From: Ministeria vibrans ATCC 50519
Lineage: Eukaryota > Protista > Filasterea
Reading direction: 5' to 3'
Assembly (NCBI GenBank): GCA_943704425.1
Contig: CALSCP010000425.1
Span: forward strand, 1-64,000
Length of the DNA: 64,000 bases
Position numbers and translations under genes: made by a program. Positions 12,801 to 24,849 of the stretch are shown here, piece after piece; position 1 is the stretch's first letter, and every line of letters begins with the position of its first letter. The notes below the pieces were generated by a model that did not search any database, was not told the DNA's origin, and saw nothing but the letters and a program-made list of their open reading frames with translations.

Positions 12801-14417
12801 CTCGACGCCACTCTGCTCCTCGAAGAGTCCTCGCGTGCCCACGCATCCATGCGCGCCGACATGCACACTGCAGCCTTCTTTACTGTTGCCTTCATCCATC
12901 ACTACCCTTCCCTCATGGCCGAGTTTGCCCCGCTCCTCTCCTCCCTCTCCCCCTCCTCCCCCTCTCCTCTTCCTTCTTCTTCTCTCCTCTTTGACCCATC
13001 CGCAGTCTCTCAAATGGACCTGGCTACTCTTCTTTCCGCCCTCAACGCCTTCTTTCATACCCCCCTTCCCCCCTGGCTCGCCGAAACGGTTCTGCTCAGC
13101 TCCCTCCGCAACATCCGCTCTGCCACCGCCTCCAACACGCGCATCAACGCCTTCCCCTTTCCAATCCACTCTGCACTGGTCCAGCGCCTCCTCCAAGAAT
13201 GGCCCTCCTATCGTCCCACCAGCCGTCTGCTCGTTCCCCTTGCCTTCCTCCACATCGACGACCCCGCTCTCATCAAGTCCGCTCTTCCCCGTCGCCCTCC
13301 CACCGTCTTCTTCGATGCCATCCTTGACCCTTCCCCATCCATCACCCCTCCTCCCGTCCACGAACTTCGGCAGAACCACCTCACACGCCTTATCGATTCC
13401 CTTGCCTCCTTCAACCCCTCCATCATCGCCCCTTTTGCCCTTCCTTGGTCCTCCTTTGCCCCCACCTCCGACCTTCGCAACAACGCCCACCTCCGCACCG
13501 CCTTCCGCTCCCACAACCTCCTCCGCTCTGCCACCATTGCCCTGCGCACCGCACGCACCATCGACGCCGCCTTCTACGACACTCTCTACGACGTCCCCGC
13601 TGAGACTGCCGCCCCTCTACTTAACGTTGCACTTACTGACCTTCTCAATCGCCATCTCTCTCGTTCCCCTTCCAAACAACAAGAACAAGAACAAGAACAA
13701 CAAAAAGGAGAACAACCCGTCGAGAAGAAGAAGAAGAAGAAGAAGAAGAAGAACACCAACAACAACAATGACAGCAACAACCGTGCGTCGCCAACCACCA
13801 CCTACCTTGAGCTGCTCTCCCTCGCCCTCACCACACACGGCGTTGTTCCCTCCGAAGCTCAGCTTACGGGCCTTTGCCGTCTCGCCGTCTCTTATCCTCC
13901 CGACCAACCCTCCGACCTCCTGCGCTTCCTCCAACACCAGTTCCACTTCTACCACCTTGCCACGCTTCCGCGCATTGTGTCTCCCGCCCTCACCGACAAC
14001 CCTCTTCTCAAACCCGACCTCGCCCTCGACCTCTACCGCATCGTTGGCATCTTCCCTTCCTCTCGCTTCCTTCCTCTCCCCAAACCCCCCACCTACTCTG
14101 TGACCCAACTCCGCTCCCTCGTCGACGACCCATCGCTTCTCTACGACACGCGCCGTGGCCTTGCCGACTCCCTTGACGTCCCTTTCCCCGAGCTCCCGCT
14201 CCCTCCCATGCCACAGCTCCGCGAAGCCCCCGATTACATGGAGGAGTACCGCGCTGCTCGCGCTCGCGCCAATCCCCAGCTGCACGAGCGCCTGGCCGTC
14301 CGAGAACGCCGTCAAAGCCCCCAAAATGTTCTCAACGACGAATACTATCGCCAAGACAACAGTGAGCATCAGCGCCCCAAACGTCGTCGACGCAGTGAGG
14401 AAGATCTGTTATTTTGA
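9888..14417 (+). CDS. Large helical-repeat protein, degenerate PPR-like (~1,510-aa exon). 5' exon uncertain.
   Basis: Long ORF after a polypyrimidine/CAG acceptor at 9887. PPR-like segment SIYASGIDALLRHDHLTAALELFRSAE. Possible micro-exon ATGAAA|gtag at 9680-9685. Confidence 0.6.
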   Translation: MQSHLVPVDSLPRALWPHNATRADFVRETCSHLEGVEQLPICHDPNQFLRTYSAVMRRAGTPDVSPFVVQLLVSNLMRKAHLRLDLPVRRKLAMLVHLTTLQSPLPHTSGLYTSILSIFAEDPKFMDVDAYLELVSLFAVPHRGPALLTLFQCVERSPRATVDTAHSVLNVFPDAFDPVVASAFVKTVGAKTRQTMHGTFTTQLKLDILHSMVDAIRYLETHPTFQHTQTALDWLHILNTGHRIRANADAVHLLNQHGLTQGLELNPRLASVALLACSIQLTNNKFTHDSLSRSDFVRLRQFFADYLSSVNEPLPSEDPLSESYRPNQPQHQPQQHQHRRYPAPYPLNNNSTNNNTTTTTHSTLSLAPTTISPPQRDPILVLRDCLRNLPASGKELFSVSTVSRALTPFLTECIYNHDPESFFDAHAIHRYLIMASRKRHSPYPAAVILSAVMTAQPQFIPLVESTSDLFGAQHAYYTPREWLSALHDCDFKILWEGRAARRLWFMHAINLQLRRYDVSSLTRSVPLFTFMDRHCLIPTSSDEYRSAATECEQSNGSDPFQAIALHPDTLESFAELTLRTGDLTRAQSFVSLIHNFYLPTITPALARLTHLLHLTSDPTTLVEALVNSAPHHPDNIIALPSVFPYLLRRAHFAKKSESALDDTLVGFAYARHYGLPGYDLYRRVIRLLPGFRVRLSSQALAEFIYATPHATPLLEQQTHFPFDMFDDVKQLSDKGLPALVALLVRGQVTLFQQMASRLTQLRRFPLALELIDAASPSGPSPLVVATIHDVLLPSYAQTGDTQTVSTIVQASLTVLDEPPLSIYASGIDALLRHDHLTAALELFRSAEQHATEHPSLFEAMPKFDVSLRDRFVRACLEHTQPETTLISTTSSNSGVGTSPIPSSSSSPDDALHVIDSPLSPLLPSSSDCDPDDISLGALYSDVLYLGLRNLRHRTLPSTSHAESTLARFKAYLDATLLLEESSRAHASMRADMHTAAFFTVAFIHHYPSLMAEFAPLLSSLSPSSPSPLPSSSLLFDPSAVSQMDLATLLSALNAFFHTPLPPWLAETVLLSSLRNIRSATASNTRINAFPFPIHSALVQRLLQEWPSYRPTSRLLVPLAFLHIDDPALIKSALPRRPPTVFFDAILDPSPSITPPPVHELRQNHLTRLIDSLASFNPSIIAPFALPWSSFAPTSDLRNNAHLRTAFRSHNLLRSATIALRTARTIDAAFYDTLYDVPAETAAPLLNVALTDLLNRHLSRSPSKQQEQEQEQQKGEQPVEKKKKKKKKKNTNNNNDSNNRASPTTTYLELLSLALTTHGVVPSEAQLTGLCRLAVSYPPDQPSDLLRFLQHQFHFYHLATLPRIVSPALTDNPLLKPDLALDLYRIVGIFPSSRFLPLPKPPTYSVTQLRSLVDDPSLLYDTRRGLADSLDVPFPELPLPPMPQLREAPDYMEEYRAARARANPQLHERLAVRERRQSPQNVLNDEYYRQDNSEHQRPKRRRRSEEDLLF

Positions 14418-14657
14418 TGTACATTAACAATTACAATGCAAGTGCAATGTCACAATACAATATTTGGAAGGGTGTCTTCTCGAGCGTTCACTGCGAGACT
14501 GGAGTTGAGTCCTTCGCGTATCACTTTGGGTGATAAGCAAGTGATTCAGTGTTTAGTGAAAATAATCATAATAATAAAATTCGTATTGATTGATATGTGA
14601 TTATGTGAATTGATTGAATAAATTTTATTTTACAGTTTTATTTTCTTTTGACTTACT

Positions 14658-16504
14658 ATGGCCACTGTCTGCGTCACGGCTGCCGGAGGGTTTGTTGGAA
14701 GCCACATTTGCAAACAGCTGCTTGAAAAAGTTTGAGAAGAGGAAAAATCTATATTGTCACAGTCTCAAACTTTAACTTTGTGGTTTAGGGCTACCGCGTG
14801 CGAGGAACCGTGCGCGACGCATCCAATACGGAGAAAAATGGCTTTTTGACCAAGATGGTGCCGGATGCCAAGGTATTCAGAGTCGCATTGTGGCAATGGC
14901 ACTCACTGAATCATTTTGCACAGTTTCCGATCGAACTGTTTTCGGCCGATCTGGAGAAAGAGGGCTCGTTTGACGACGCCATTGACGGATGTGAATGTGT
15001 CATTCACACCGCGTCTGTGGTCAAGCTCACAGCGCCCGACCCTCAGAAAGAAGTATTGTTTTTTTGGCACTTTTGCGGTTTAGTCACTCACTCTTTGACT
15101 GCTAATTAGATCATTGATCCGTCGCTGAACGGGCTGAAGAACGTCCTGCGGTCCTGCCACAAAGCATCGAGTGCAGGCACACTCAAACGATACGTCCAAA
15201 CCTCCAGCATTGCGGCTGTCATGGATGTTGAACGCCCACAGGTGACCCAACACACACACACACACACACACACACTGACACAGAGAGAAGAGATACGCAC
15301 ACACACACATATACACCCATACACATTCAGACACACACTGACTGCCCTTGTATTGTGTGTCAAACAAAAAAACGTCTTTGTGGTGTAGGATCATATTTAC
15401 ACAGAAGACGACTGGAATGAGTCTGTCACACTCGCAACAGAGTAACTTTTACACATCAAACAAAACGTCATGGACAAGACGGAATGACGAGTTTTTTTTT
15501 TTGTTTTGTTTTGTTTTGTTTTCACGTAGACCGTACAGTCTGTCGAAAGTGCTGACGGAACGCGAAGCAAATGCGTTTGTCGCGGCACTGCCCGCCTCAG
15601 AGCGGTTTGCCGTTGCGTTTATCAATCCTGGTGCCATCTACGGGCCCGTTCTGAACCGCTCTCATATGCAGTCGAGTCCGCAAATCATTTACGATTTAAT
15701 GACCGGTACAGGCGAAAAAACAATGCATACTAATCGACAGTTAGAAACGACAGTGGAATAGACTCCTGTTATCATTGGTCTCATCAATGTATTTGCATTC
15801 CGTCGCGCCTTTCTTCAATCACTTGTCTCTCTCACTCACTCACTTTCTCGTATTTTCTTTCTTTCTTTCTTCGCGATTTCTTTTACAGGAGCGTTTCCGT
15901 TGTGTCCCAACTTTGGCTTTGCAGTGGTGGATGTGCGTGACGTAGCAAAAGCTCACATTTTGGTATCAAAAATTGTGTTCTCGTGTCGTTTGAATATTTG
16001 AGTTGACCATTCAGAAATGGTGTTTGTGTGTGCGCGATGATTTTTAGGCAATGGAAAACGAGTCGATTGAGGGTCGGTTTATCTGCGTGTCAGACACACT
16101 TTGGCTCAAAGAACTTTCCGCTCTTATGAAAAAGGAATTTCCCCGTAAGAATCAATTTCTTTACTTTTGTTTTTTGCTTAAAGTGCTTCGGTTGATTGTT
16201 ATAAACTTATTTTTTCGTTGTGAATCAATAAGATCTTTTTTTTTCTTCATCTTGTTTTGGCTGTGTAGAGTACTCATTTCCGACGCGCGGACTTCCGAAT
16301 TTCCTTATGTATTGTGCGGCTGTGTTTGACAAGCGAGTCAATTTCCCGTTTTTGCGACGCAATTTGGGGTTTTTCCGGAAATGCGCAAACGACAAAATCC
16401 GATCAAGTCTCCAAATGGAGTTTGTGCCGGTTCGAGATATGCTGCGCGACACGTGCTTGAGCTTTTTGGAGCTGGAGATTGTTCCGGATAAGCGCAAGAA
16501 GTGA
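14658..16504 (+). CDS. NAD(P)-dependent epimerase/dehydratase (extended SDR; cinnamoyl-CoA reductase/DFR/Gre2-like), multi-exon
   Basis: MATVCVTAAGGFVGSHICKQLLEK|GYRVRGTVRD, VIHTAS, TSSIAAV, catalytic YSLSK, INPGAIYGP, VDVRDVAKAH. Confidence 0.9.
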
Positions 16505-16772
16505 AAAGAACATTAATAAATTAATATTATTTTTTATTATATTAGCGTAATTTTGTTGTTCTCATCGATTAAGCGACATTACGATAACAACAAGAAGAGA
16601 GACTACGAAGCGAAAAAAGAATAATAGTCATACGTCTTATTATATCTTTTTTCTTGTCCTTTCAACACTCAAGTTTTGTCCCTCTCTGCCACTCTCTCGC
16701 TCGCTTCCTCTCATATGGCGCACAAAGTCAATCGAGATAATATAATGAAGTGAAAAGTTTACTACTTATGCC

Positions 16773-18507
16773 TTACAAATGGATTACGTCTGGGAATTGA
16801 GAATCGAAAGTGACCAGTTGATCGTCGGTGAAATGTTGGTTTTTGGTGATGGACAGTTGGAAGGAGGGACGATGAGTGATTTCGAGAAAGGACGAGAGAG
16901 TTTGAAGAATGGAGTGAGTGAGAAAGGGACACAAACGAAGATCGAGTGAGCACAAATGGGGTAAGGAAGGAACTGTGGCGGAGAGAAGAGAAGCGTGACG
17001 AGTGGGAGTGGTGGCGATGGAGGAGACGGCGGAGGTTGCAAGGGGCGTTGACTGAGACGAATGATCAGTCGGTGGAGTACGGGACTGGTCATGAGTAAGA
17101 TTCGACGCTGACTCGATTGTTGTTCGAGACGGTGGTTGTTGTGGCTGTTGTTGGTTGAGAAGGAGAATGGTTACACCTTCATCGGTGAGTGCGGTTGCAC
17201 TGAGATTGAGATGAGTGAGTTGAGGGCAGTGATGCGCTATTGCGGTGGTGAGGTCCAGGATGGAAGTGGTGCATTTCTGAATGGTGAGGTGGGTGAGGTG
17301 GGTGCCTATGGAGGCGATAAGACGCACAAGAGCTGCAGGATCGATGCGTGAGGCGGTGAGTGCAAGTCGAGTCAGCGTCTGGCGTGTATGGTTGCTCAGG
17401 TGATCAATGCTCTGTGCCGTGAGTCGGTTGCAGCCCGTGAGGCTCAACTGTGTGATGTGGGGACAGCCATTGAGAATGCTGATGAGTCCCGCGTCTGCCA
17501 GACGACTCGTGTGGATGGTCAGGAGCTGGAGGTGCACACACGCTGAGGCAATGGTCTCGCAGAAGGGCACGTCCATGTCGGCAATATCGGCGAGGCTGAG
17601 GTTGCACAGGCGGGGCGAGTGCCACAGCACGGCAGCCAGCGCACGCACGGGCACTCCGGCGCACTCGTGGACCGTCAGCGCGTCGAGTTGTCGCAGGCGC
17701 TGCACAAACCGCCCAGTCACATTCTTACAGCACCACAGTCCCACATCAGTCACTTTCGAGCATCGCTCTGCCAGCATCCGCATTGTGGCATCCGTCACGT
17801 TGCTGCATGTCCCTCCTCCAATATGGAACTGCTCCAGCGAACCGCACGCACTGCATTTTTTGAGCAAAATGTATTAAGTAAGAAAAAGTTAGACCGTGAA
17901 AAAAAAAACACATAGTATGAAAAAATGAAATCGGTACGGCATCGCGTTGAGCGAGTGGCGCCATTGCATATATTGGTATAAGGGGGTTAGTTTGCGCGGA
18001 CGGGATCTGGGATGTTTTGACAGTGAATGAAACACACTCGATAGAAAAAAAAAAAATCTTCTTGTTTACCTTTTCAGTAGAGCTGAAACCCCTAAATCGC
18101 CAGTACGGAGACAATCCATCAAGGAAATGGCGCAGAGACGACGGGCACGGGATTTGCGTAGGGATGCGGCCAGAGAGAGCAGCGCAAGGTCGCTGAGAGC
18201 GCGAGAACGCACTCGAATTTCTATTGCGGACACACAACAAAAATGCCAATTTTGAGCGACAAGACATTTCACTGGAGCGTTTGTTTTTGCAACCAAGTAG
18301 ATGAACACCGGCAAGGGAGGCCCACTGGGCAAAATGTGCGTCGCTCAGCTGCGGTTTGAAGCCGTAGCCGGCGACAAGGCGTTTCCAGTGCCGTCCGTCG
18401 CGCGCCAGCCAGTACCAGCGCCGCGACACGCGCAGACACTGCGCCAGTGTGCGCACGTCCAGATGATCAAAGATCAGCGTCAGTAGTTCGGCAGAGAGTC
18501 GCTCCAT
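16773..18507 (-). CDS. F-box/LRR-repeat protein (FBXL-type), multi-exon
   Basis: N-terminal F-box MERLSAELLTLIFDHLDVRTLAQCLRVSRRW; cysteine-containing LRRs (e.g. CPHITQLSLTGCNRLT, CPQLTHLNLSATALTDEG). Confidence 0.85.
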
Positions 18508-19129
18508 TCCGCCTCCATTAAAAAAAGTAATAATTAATAATAATAATTATTACTACTCGTCGTGATTATTATAATAATTATAAGTAAATATGACATGTTT
18601 TGCTATGAAAATGGATTGAAAATGCGAATGTAGTGACTCCACACAATTCCGTCGTGGGTCACACAGCTGACAGCCGAGATGCTTTCAAATTTCAATGGCG
18701 CTGCGGAACTAAGGGTTTAGAGACAATTACGGTGGGGGGTTTTAAGCTGTGGGTGAGAAATGTTATGTGTGTGAATGTTTTTACGCATAAGATAAACAAA
18801 AGTTTGAATTTATGTATTGATTATGAGTATGAGTATATATGTGGGAGCATACGAGCAGTCGACTTGACAATACACACTCACACAGACACACACACACTAT
18901 ATATATAATTTATATATATTTATATGCACACGCCACACACATACGCATAAAAATAACAATATAAATATAATATTATTATAAATAATCACTATTATTTCTC
19001 TTTCGATACACAAAATAGCTTCACAAGAAAAGTAAAAGTCTTGAACTGTGTTTACTGGGAGAAGTTGGGGGATTGTTACACGGGATTTCTTTTAATTGAA
19101 AGGTGTTGAGGACAAGAAGAGTAGAGTCT

Positions 19130-20180
19130 CTACGAATCAGACACGGCCGAGAAGGACGACGATGACTCTTTGCGAAGCCACTTTTGCCAGAGCGAAATGG
19201 CAATGCAGGCGCCGTAGAGAGCCGCCGCAATGAAGCAGTTGGTGGCAGATTCGTCGGCGTTCTAAGAATTGTTGAAGTGATGTGAAAGAGTGAGTCAGCC
19301 AATAAACGACGATGAAATAATCACATCAACAAAAATACACAAACATGTAAACATGCCAAGTCAATACATCTCTCTCCCTCTCATTCGCTTGATCCGTCTC
19401 ACTCGCCCTCGGCGTCTCGTGCTCAGACCCAAATGATTATATATTATTCTCATAGTTCGATTGGACAACAAAACATAAAGAAGAAGATACGCCACAAGGT
19501 TCACAATAGCACCCACTACGCTACAAACGACAGACTAAGCCCCCATGCGGGGCATCCCACCCACAGACAAAGCCAATAACGTAACCAGTGGTGAAAACCA
19601 AATGTCTTCTCTCGTTCTCTCGTTCTCCATCAACACAGACAGGATGAACCCACACACGCCACGACACACATCAAGCGCCCCCGCCGCCGCCCCCAGACAG
19701 CGTGTGGGCGTCCGGACGGCCTTGAGCGGTGCGCGACACCGAAAAAGAAGAATATCATCCGGATGACAGCCCCAAGACACGCACGCCGACCGTCCACGCC
19801 GTGCAGCAACCCACCGACCACCCCCACGTAGATTCCACAGCAAGCATTGGCCCCCACGCAAAATTGTGAGAATTTTGCGTTTTTTTTTTTTTTTTTCTAT
19901 GTCTCTCTCTCTCTCTTTCGCATTTTTCGCTCTCTTCCTCTGCCTCTCGCGGACCATTTCCTTCTCAATCGTGTACCTTGGTGTCCTCCAAGAGTCCCAG
20001 CGAGTTGACCTTGAACAGAATCCCGAGAACAAGCTGGAGGAAAGGGCAAAAGGCAAAATGGATGTCAGAGAGCGCAATCGAGGGCAAAAGGCAACGTACA
20101 AGCATCACAACACCCCACGTGCTCAGTACTAAGCAGCAGGAAGAGCATTTCGGGCCGCAGAAGCGGATAGAGAGCTTCAT
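19130..20180 (-). CDS. RNASEK: Ribonuclease kappa / V-ATPase subunit f homolog
   Basis: Exons 20180-20100, 20033-19977, 19261-19130: MKLSIRFCGPKCSSCCLVLSTWGVVML|LVLGILFKVNSLGLLEDTK|NADESATNCFIAAALYGACIAISLWQ; carries the CGPK and NCFIAA family motifs. Confidence 0.85.
19480..19860 (-). ncRNA. Candidate structured intronic RNA element in RNASEK intron 2 (unidentified)
   Basis: GC-rich island in a 715-nt intron with several long stems that contain G-U pairs only on the minus (sense) strand. Confidence 0.45.
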
Positions 20181-20346
20181 GATGGCGAGAGACTTAAAAA
20201 AAATTGAATACGTTTCTTTTGATCTTTTCTGCTCTCGTTCAATCATAGTGACCCAAAAGTCATAACATTTAAATACATTTTTTTTTCTCTCTCTATATAT
20301 ATCTTTTCAGCGATTCCCTGCATTGCGTGGTGAGTGATACGACGCA

Positions 20347-20983
20347 ATGGCGGCCACCTCTGCAGACATGGTGGCTCGACGACGTGTGATTATCGAGGAG
20401 AACTTGTCGCGCGACCGTGACAACGTTACGTTCCTCAGCGACTCTCTGCAACGGTCCAGACACATCACCAAGACCATGGTGCGTCCACTGCGCGCGAAAG
20501 AACCCCTCTTTGCCTCCTGCGTTGCTGACACGGGCCGTAAAATAGGAAAAGGTCATTGATGACTTTGGTAACCGCCTTGCAGCCCTCGAGGAGATGATCA
20601 AGCCGATCCACAGCGAAACCACCACCCTCACGCAGCTGCAAGACAGTACGCTGTGTTTTCAGACGTCCCCCCAAATATTAATAATATTATTATTTTGAAT
20701 TACTTTCGTTTGTGTCTCAGGTCTCTCCTCCACCGTACACAACATCAACGACATTCTTGCGTACTTTGCAGTTGCCGACGAGCTTGGTCCTCTCATTTCC
20801 AAAGGGTAATGGCATCGATCACTTTGGTCCAAATATGATCTCATTTCGTTATTCAGACCCAATGACTCACTCGAGAAGTATTTGGCCGATCTTGAGTGCA
20901 TTAGCAACGCAATGCTGTTCTTCTCTCGGCAGAAACTGCCTGGGACAGACGCACCCATGACACAGTTGGTAAAAATGGGTTTA

Positions 20984-21061
<78 letters not shown>

Positions 21062-21676
21062 GGGAGAAAGAAACAAAGTGATAGAGAGAGAGAAAAAGGA
21101 GGGAGAAAGAAAAAAAGTGATAGAGAGAAGCAAAGTGATATAGTGAGAAAACGTAAAAAGGATTGGGAAAACAAGTGACGTGAAAAACATAACACTTTTT
21201 CCAAATAGAAATGTGTTTATGCCGAAGGAATCAGCCAGCTCGAAGCGGAGTTTCAATCGATTTTGAAAAAGGACTCCCTTGCCGACAAAGTCCTTCCACC
21301 AAGCGGTAAAAAAAGAACACCAAAATCTACATTTCTTTACACACAACAACTACATCGCCTTAGTGAGCTCTTCGCCTCAGGGCAATTTGAGCGCCACGGC
21401 ACTCTCGCAGCTCTCGAGTATCAGCAGCTGGCTCACAAGTGCCGGCAAAGTGACGAATTACGCGCAAAGCTTCTCGTCGATCCGCTCGTCTCTTCTCGAG
21501 TCGCTCCTCCGTCGCAGTCTTGTTCCGTTTCCTTCCAAATCCTCTCTCTTACGTCCTCCAATCCGCTCCACTGACAACAACTCCGCCGTTTCTACGTCTT
21601 CTTCTCTTCCTTCCGATCTTATTCGTCGCCCGTCTCTCATTGCCACTCGCACTACTCAAAAGCCAAAACAAGAACA
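20347..21676 (+). CDS. EXOC7: Exocyst subunit Exo70, 5' part (multi-exon)
   Basis: FLSDSLQRSRHITKTM|EKVIDDFGNRLAALEEMIKPIH, GPNDSLEKYLADL, GISQLEAEFQSIL, ISSWL..IRSSLL; last donor GTCAGA at 21677. Confidence 0.85.
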
Positions 21677-21719
21677 GTCAGAACAATACCACCGCTTAAT
21701 TTACTGTACTTACTTACTC

Positions 21720-21890
<171 letters not shown>

Positions 21891-21926
21891 CGTTCTCTTT
21901 TTCTTTCTTTCTGTCTTGTTGCTGAC

Positions 21927-24552
21927 CTCCTTTCGCTGCGGTTGCATAATCGAGTTTCCTCTTTGCGAACTTGTCTGTTTGGGATTTTTGTACACAAACC
22001 GATCCAGAAAGCGAATCAGTGTAAAGTCCTCGAGTGGATTTCCGGGATAGTCAACAGCTACGCAAAAACACACATGTCAGGTTCATGCACACAAAGAGAG
22101 TTGTTCAACGGAAGAATGAAAACTGACCTGAGCTATTAATGAGAGCGTTTGAGAACTGAGCGACGGACGGATGGAAGTGGTGGTGTGCGAGAAGGAAACA
22201 CTCCCAGGCGAGCACAGAGTCGGCGCGTGCGTAGCGGGGATCGCGCTTGGACATGTCATAGGTGGTGGCGGTAGTGACAGTCGCTTCTGGTTGTGTTTGT
22301 GGTTGGTCTTCGTCGTCGGAAAGAGGTGCGTCGTGGAAGACTTCTGTGTCGTCCTGGGTGATGTCGAGGGGACAGTCGAAGGCTGGGGTGAGTTCGGGAC
22401 GATCTTGAGTGAGACGAGCGACAAGCATGACGAGACCGGCGGAGAAGGAGGCAAAGGTGGTGGAAAGAGCAAGTTGAAGGATGCGCTTGATGAAGGCACG
22501 CATGCGCGGGACTGACGTGTCGTGCTTGATGGCGCGGTACAGAACGTTAAGAAACAGCGACTGTTTCGACGAGTTGGGCAGCTCGGCGTTGAAGAGCGAG
22601 CTGTAAAGGAGCGAGAAGAAGCGAGGCGAGTCGGTGGAGCGCGCCTCAATGATCTTGTGGAGGAGCACAAGAATTTGGACGGTCGTGGTAAAGCTAGTGG
22701 CAGTGTGGGCGACGCGGTAGAGGGTGTCGATGTGCTCGTTGATGGTCGCTGTGGTGGTGCCCTCGGGTGCAGTGTACGGAAAGGCGCGGTTGATGCCGGT
22801 GAGAAGCGCACTGAGCATGCGAGTCTCCAGCTGCTCCTTCTTGACGCAGACGCGGAAGAAAGCCAAGTAAATCTCAATAAGACGGGCGGCAAGCGCGGCG
22901 TCGTGCTCGCGGTGCAGCACGAGTTGATTAAGGAAACAGAAGGCGTAGTATTGCGCGCGCATTGGCGTGGCGGGGCGGTACAGCAGCTGCTCGCATTCGG
23001 CGACGACCACTCCTTTCATTTGTGCGTGTCGCTCGAGCAGCTTGCCCAGCACAAACATCACATTACTCGCCAATTTGCGGTCCGTGTCACCCAGTTTGTT
23101 CACGAGCATTGCCAAGAGGGCTCGTTCGCCCTCGGGTCGCTCGGCTAGCAGCGTAGACACGGTGCGAATAGCGCCACTGCGCACTGAGGCGACGGGATCG
23201 CGCAGATGCGCGCGCAGCTGGTCCAAAAAGGTGGCGTAGCGGGTGCGCAAGTGGTCCTCAAAGAGCCATAGGACAAGCACATCGTCAGGGATGGGGAGCA
23301 CTGGGGCACGTGCAGTCGTCGTTTGCTGCTCCTGTTGCTGTTGCTGTTGTTGCTTCTTCTTCTTCATGCGTGACTTGAGCGAGCCCTCGGTCGGTTTGCT
23401 CACAGCAGCAGCGATGGTAGACGCAGAGGTGGCAGCGGTCGTGGCGGTTGCATGTTGGGGAATGTGTGAGGGACGACGCGCAAAAGGGATTAGCTTGCGG
23501 TCTTCGGGAAGCAGGTAAAGCGTGCAGAGGTCGCGCAGAGCGTCGACAGCGAGAATGGACTCGCGACGGTTCTTCTTGGCGGCCAAGTTGAAGAGTGAGT
23601 CGAGCGTGCGCTGCTGGTGCACCGGTGACTCTTGGATGCTCATGGAGAGCGCTGCGACACGATCCTGCATGGTACCGGACTTGAGCACAGTTTGCAGCCA
23701 GCGGTCGTCCGACGACATCTTGCCACGCGTGCGCTTCGCCTTGAGCTCCTCAAACTTGGCCACTTCGCGCTTAAACAGCTCCTCGGCGCGCTTGCGCAGC
23801 GTTGCGTTGTCCTGGGCCGTTGCAAGGACTGCTTCCTCACTGGCAATGCCCGCGCGAGCTTGCGCCGCGGCCAATGCTGCAAACCACGTCTCAGAGGCAT
23901 CCACAAGCAAGCTGGCGTGTTTGATAGGTCGCGGACCGATGTCTTCCCCTCCCTCCTCCTCCTCCTCCTCCGGCTCTTCCTCCTCCTCTGCCCCTTCCTC
24001 CTCCTCCTCCTCCTTCTCCTTCTTCTTCTTCTTCTTCTTCTCCTCCTTCTCCTTCTCCTTCTCCTTCTTCGTCTTCTTCTTCTCTCCATTCCCATTTTCG
24101 TCAGTGACCGGCAAACTCTCCTCGTCCTTTGACTTCTTCTTCTTCTCCTTCTTCTTCTTCTTCTTCGCCGACGCCTCTTCTTCTTCCTCCTCCTCCTCCT
24201 CCTCTGCCGCCCCTTCGTCATTATTCGCCTCAAAGCCCATCCCCACTAAGCGAAACACACAGCAGAGGAAAGCGAGAAATGAGTTTGGGCAAAAAAAAGG
24301 GAATCGCGTGGAATACTCATCATGGCGCGAAGCTCGCTCTTAAGGTGCGCGGCGTTGCCCTTGGGCTTCTCCTTGTCGAATCGCATCACCTACACAAGCG
24401 GATGAGCGCGCATGCGGCGAGATGGACTTGCACGCGGCGCACGCGCACAGAGCCGCCCCACGCACCTCCTCTTCATTGTCGTCCACGCCATTCAGCAAGT
24501 CTAGGACTTCGTCGTCCCCGTTGAGCGCGCGAATGTCCTCCAGTGACACCAT
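21927..24552 (-). CDS. CEBPZ: CEBPZ/Noc1/Mak21 ribosome biogenesis protein, 3'-truncated at the microsatellite
   Basis: MVSLEDIRALNGD; SSDDRWLQTVLKSGTMQDRVAAL; ERPEGERALLAMLVNKLGD; LLTGINRAFPY; YDMSKRDPRYA; YPGNPLEDFTLIRFLDRFVYKNPK. The next intron runs into (GA)n with no further exon. Confidence 0.9.
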
Positions 24553-24849
24553 TTCAACAAATATTTGATGAATGGAGATGAATGAATAATGATCGATTGA
24601 GTCTTGCGAAATCGTATTCACCATCTACATATCACCTACTCATCTCATTCATCACCTCATTCTCTTTGAATATTTTGTTTGATTCCCTTCAGTCACTTGA
24701 CTGAGACTCACTGACTTTTCTCTCTTCTGCCTACTCTCTTTGTCGCTACTGTCTTTATTGAAAGAAAGTCTTTCAGCGTTTCTGAGACTGAATAATGAAA
24801 TGTTATTATTATTATTTGTTAAATCATTATTATTAATTCTTTTGTTGCC

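Noticed and set aside
18633-18755. Hairpins plus CTAAACCCT on the minus strand, as a possible telomerase RNA or H/ACA snoRNA
   Set aside because: The template would give TTTAGGG rather than the TTAGGG-like motifs seen locally; there is no H box and the stems are short.
19528-19550. ATGGGGGCTTAGT resembling RNase MRP CR-V
   Set aside because: No matching CR-I (GGAAAGTCCCC) upstream to form P4, so MRP was not called.
23522-24343. Long alternative-frame ORFs with poly-R/S/F/L
   Set aside because: Shadows of the Lys/Glu low-complexity region of CEBPZ.
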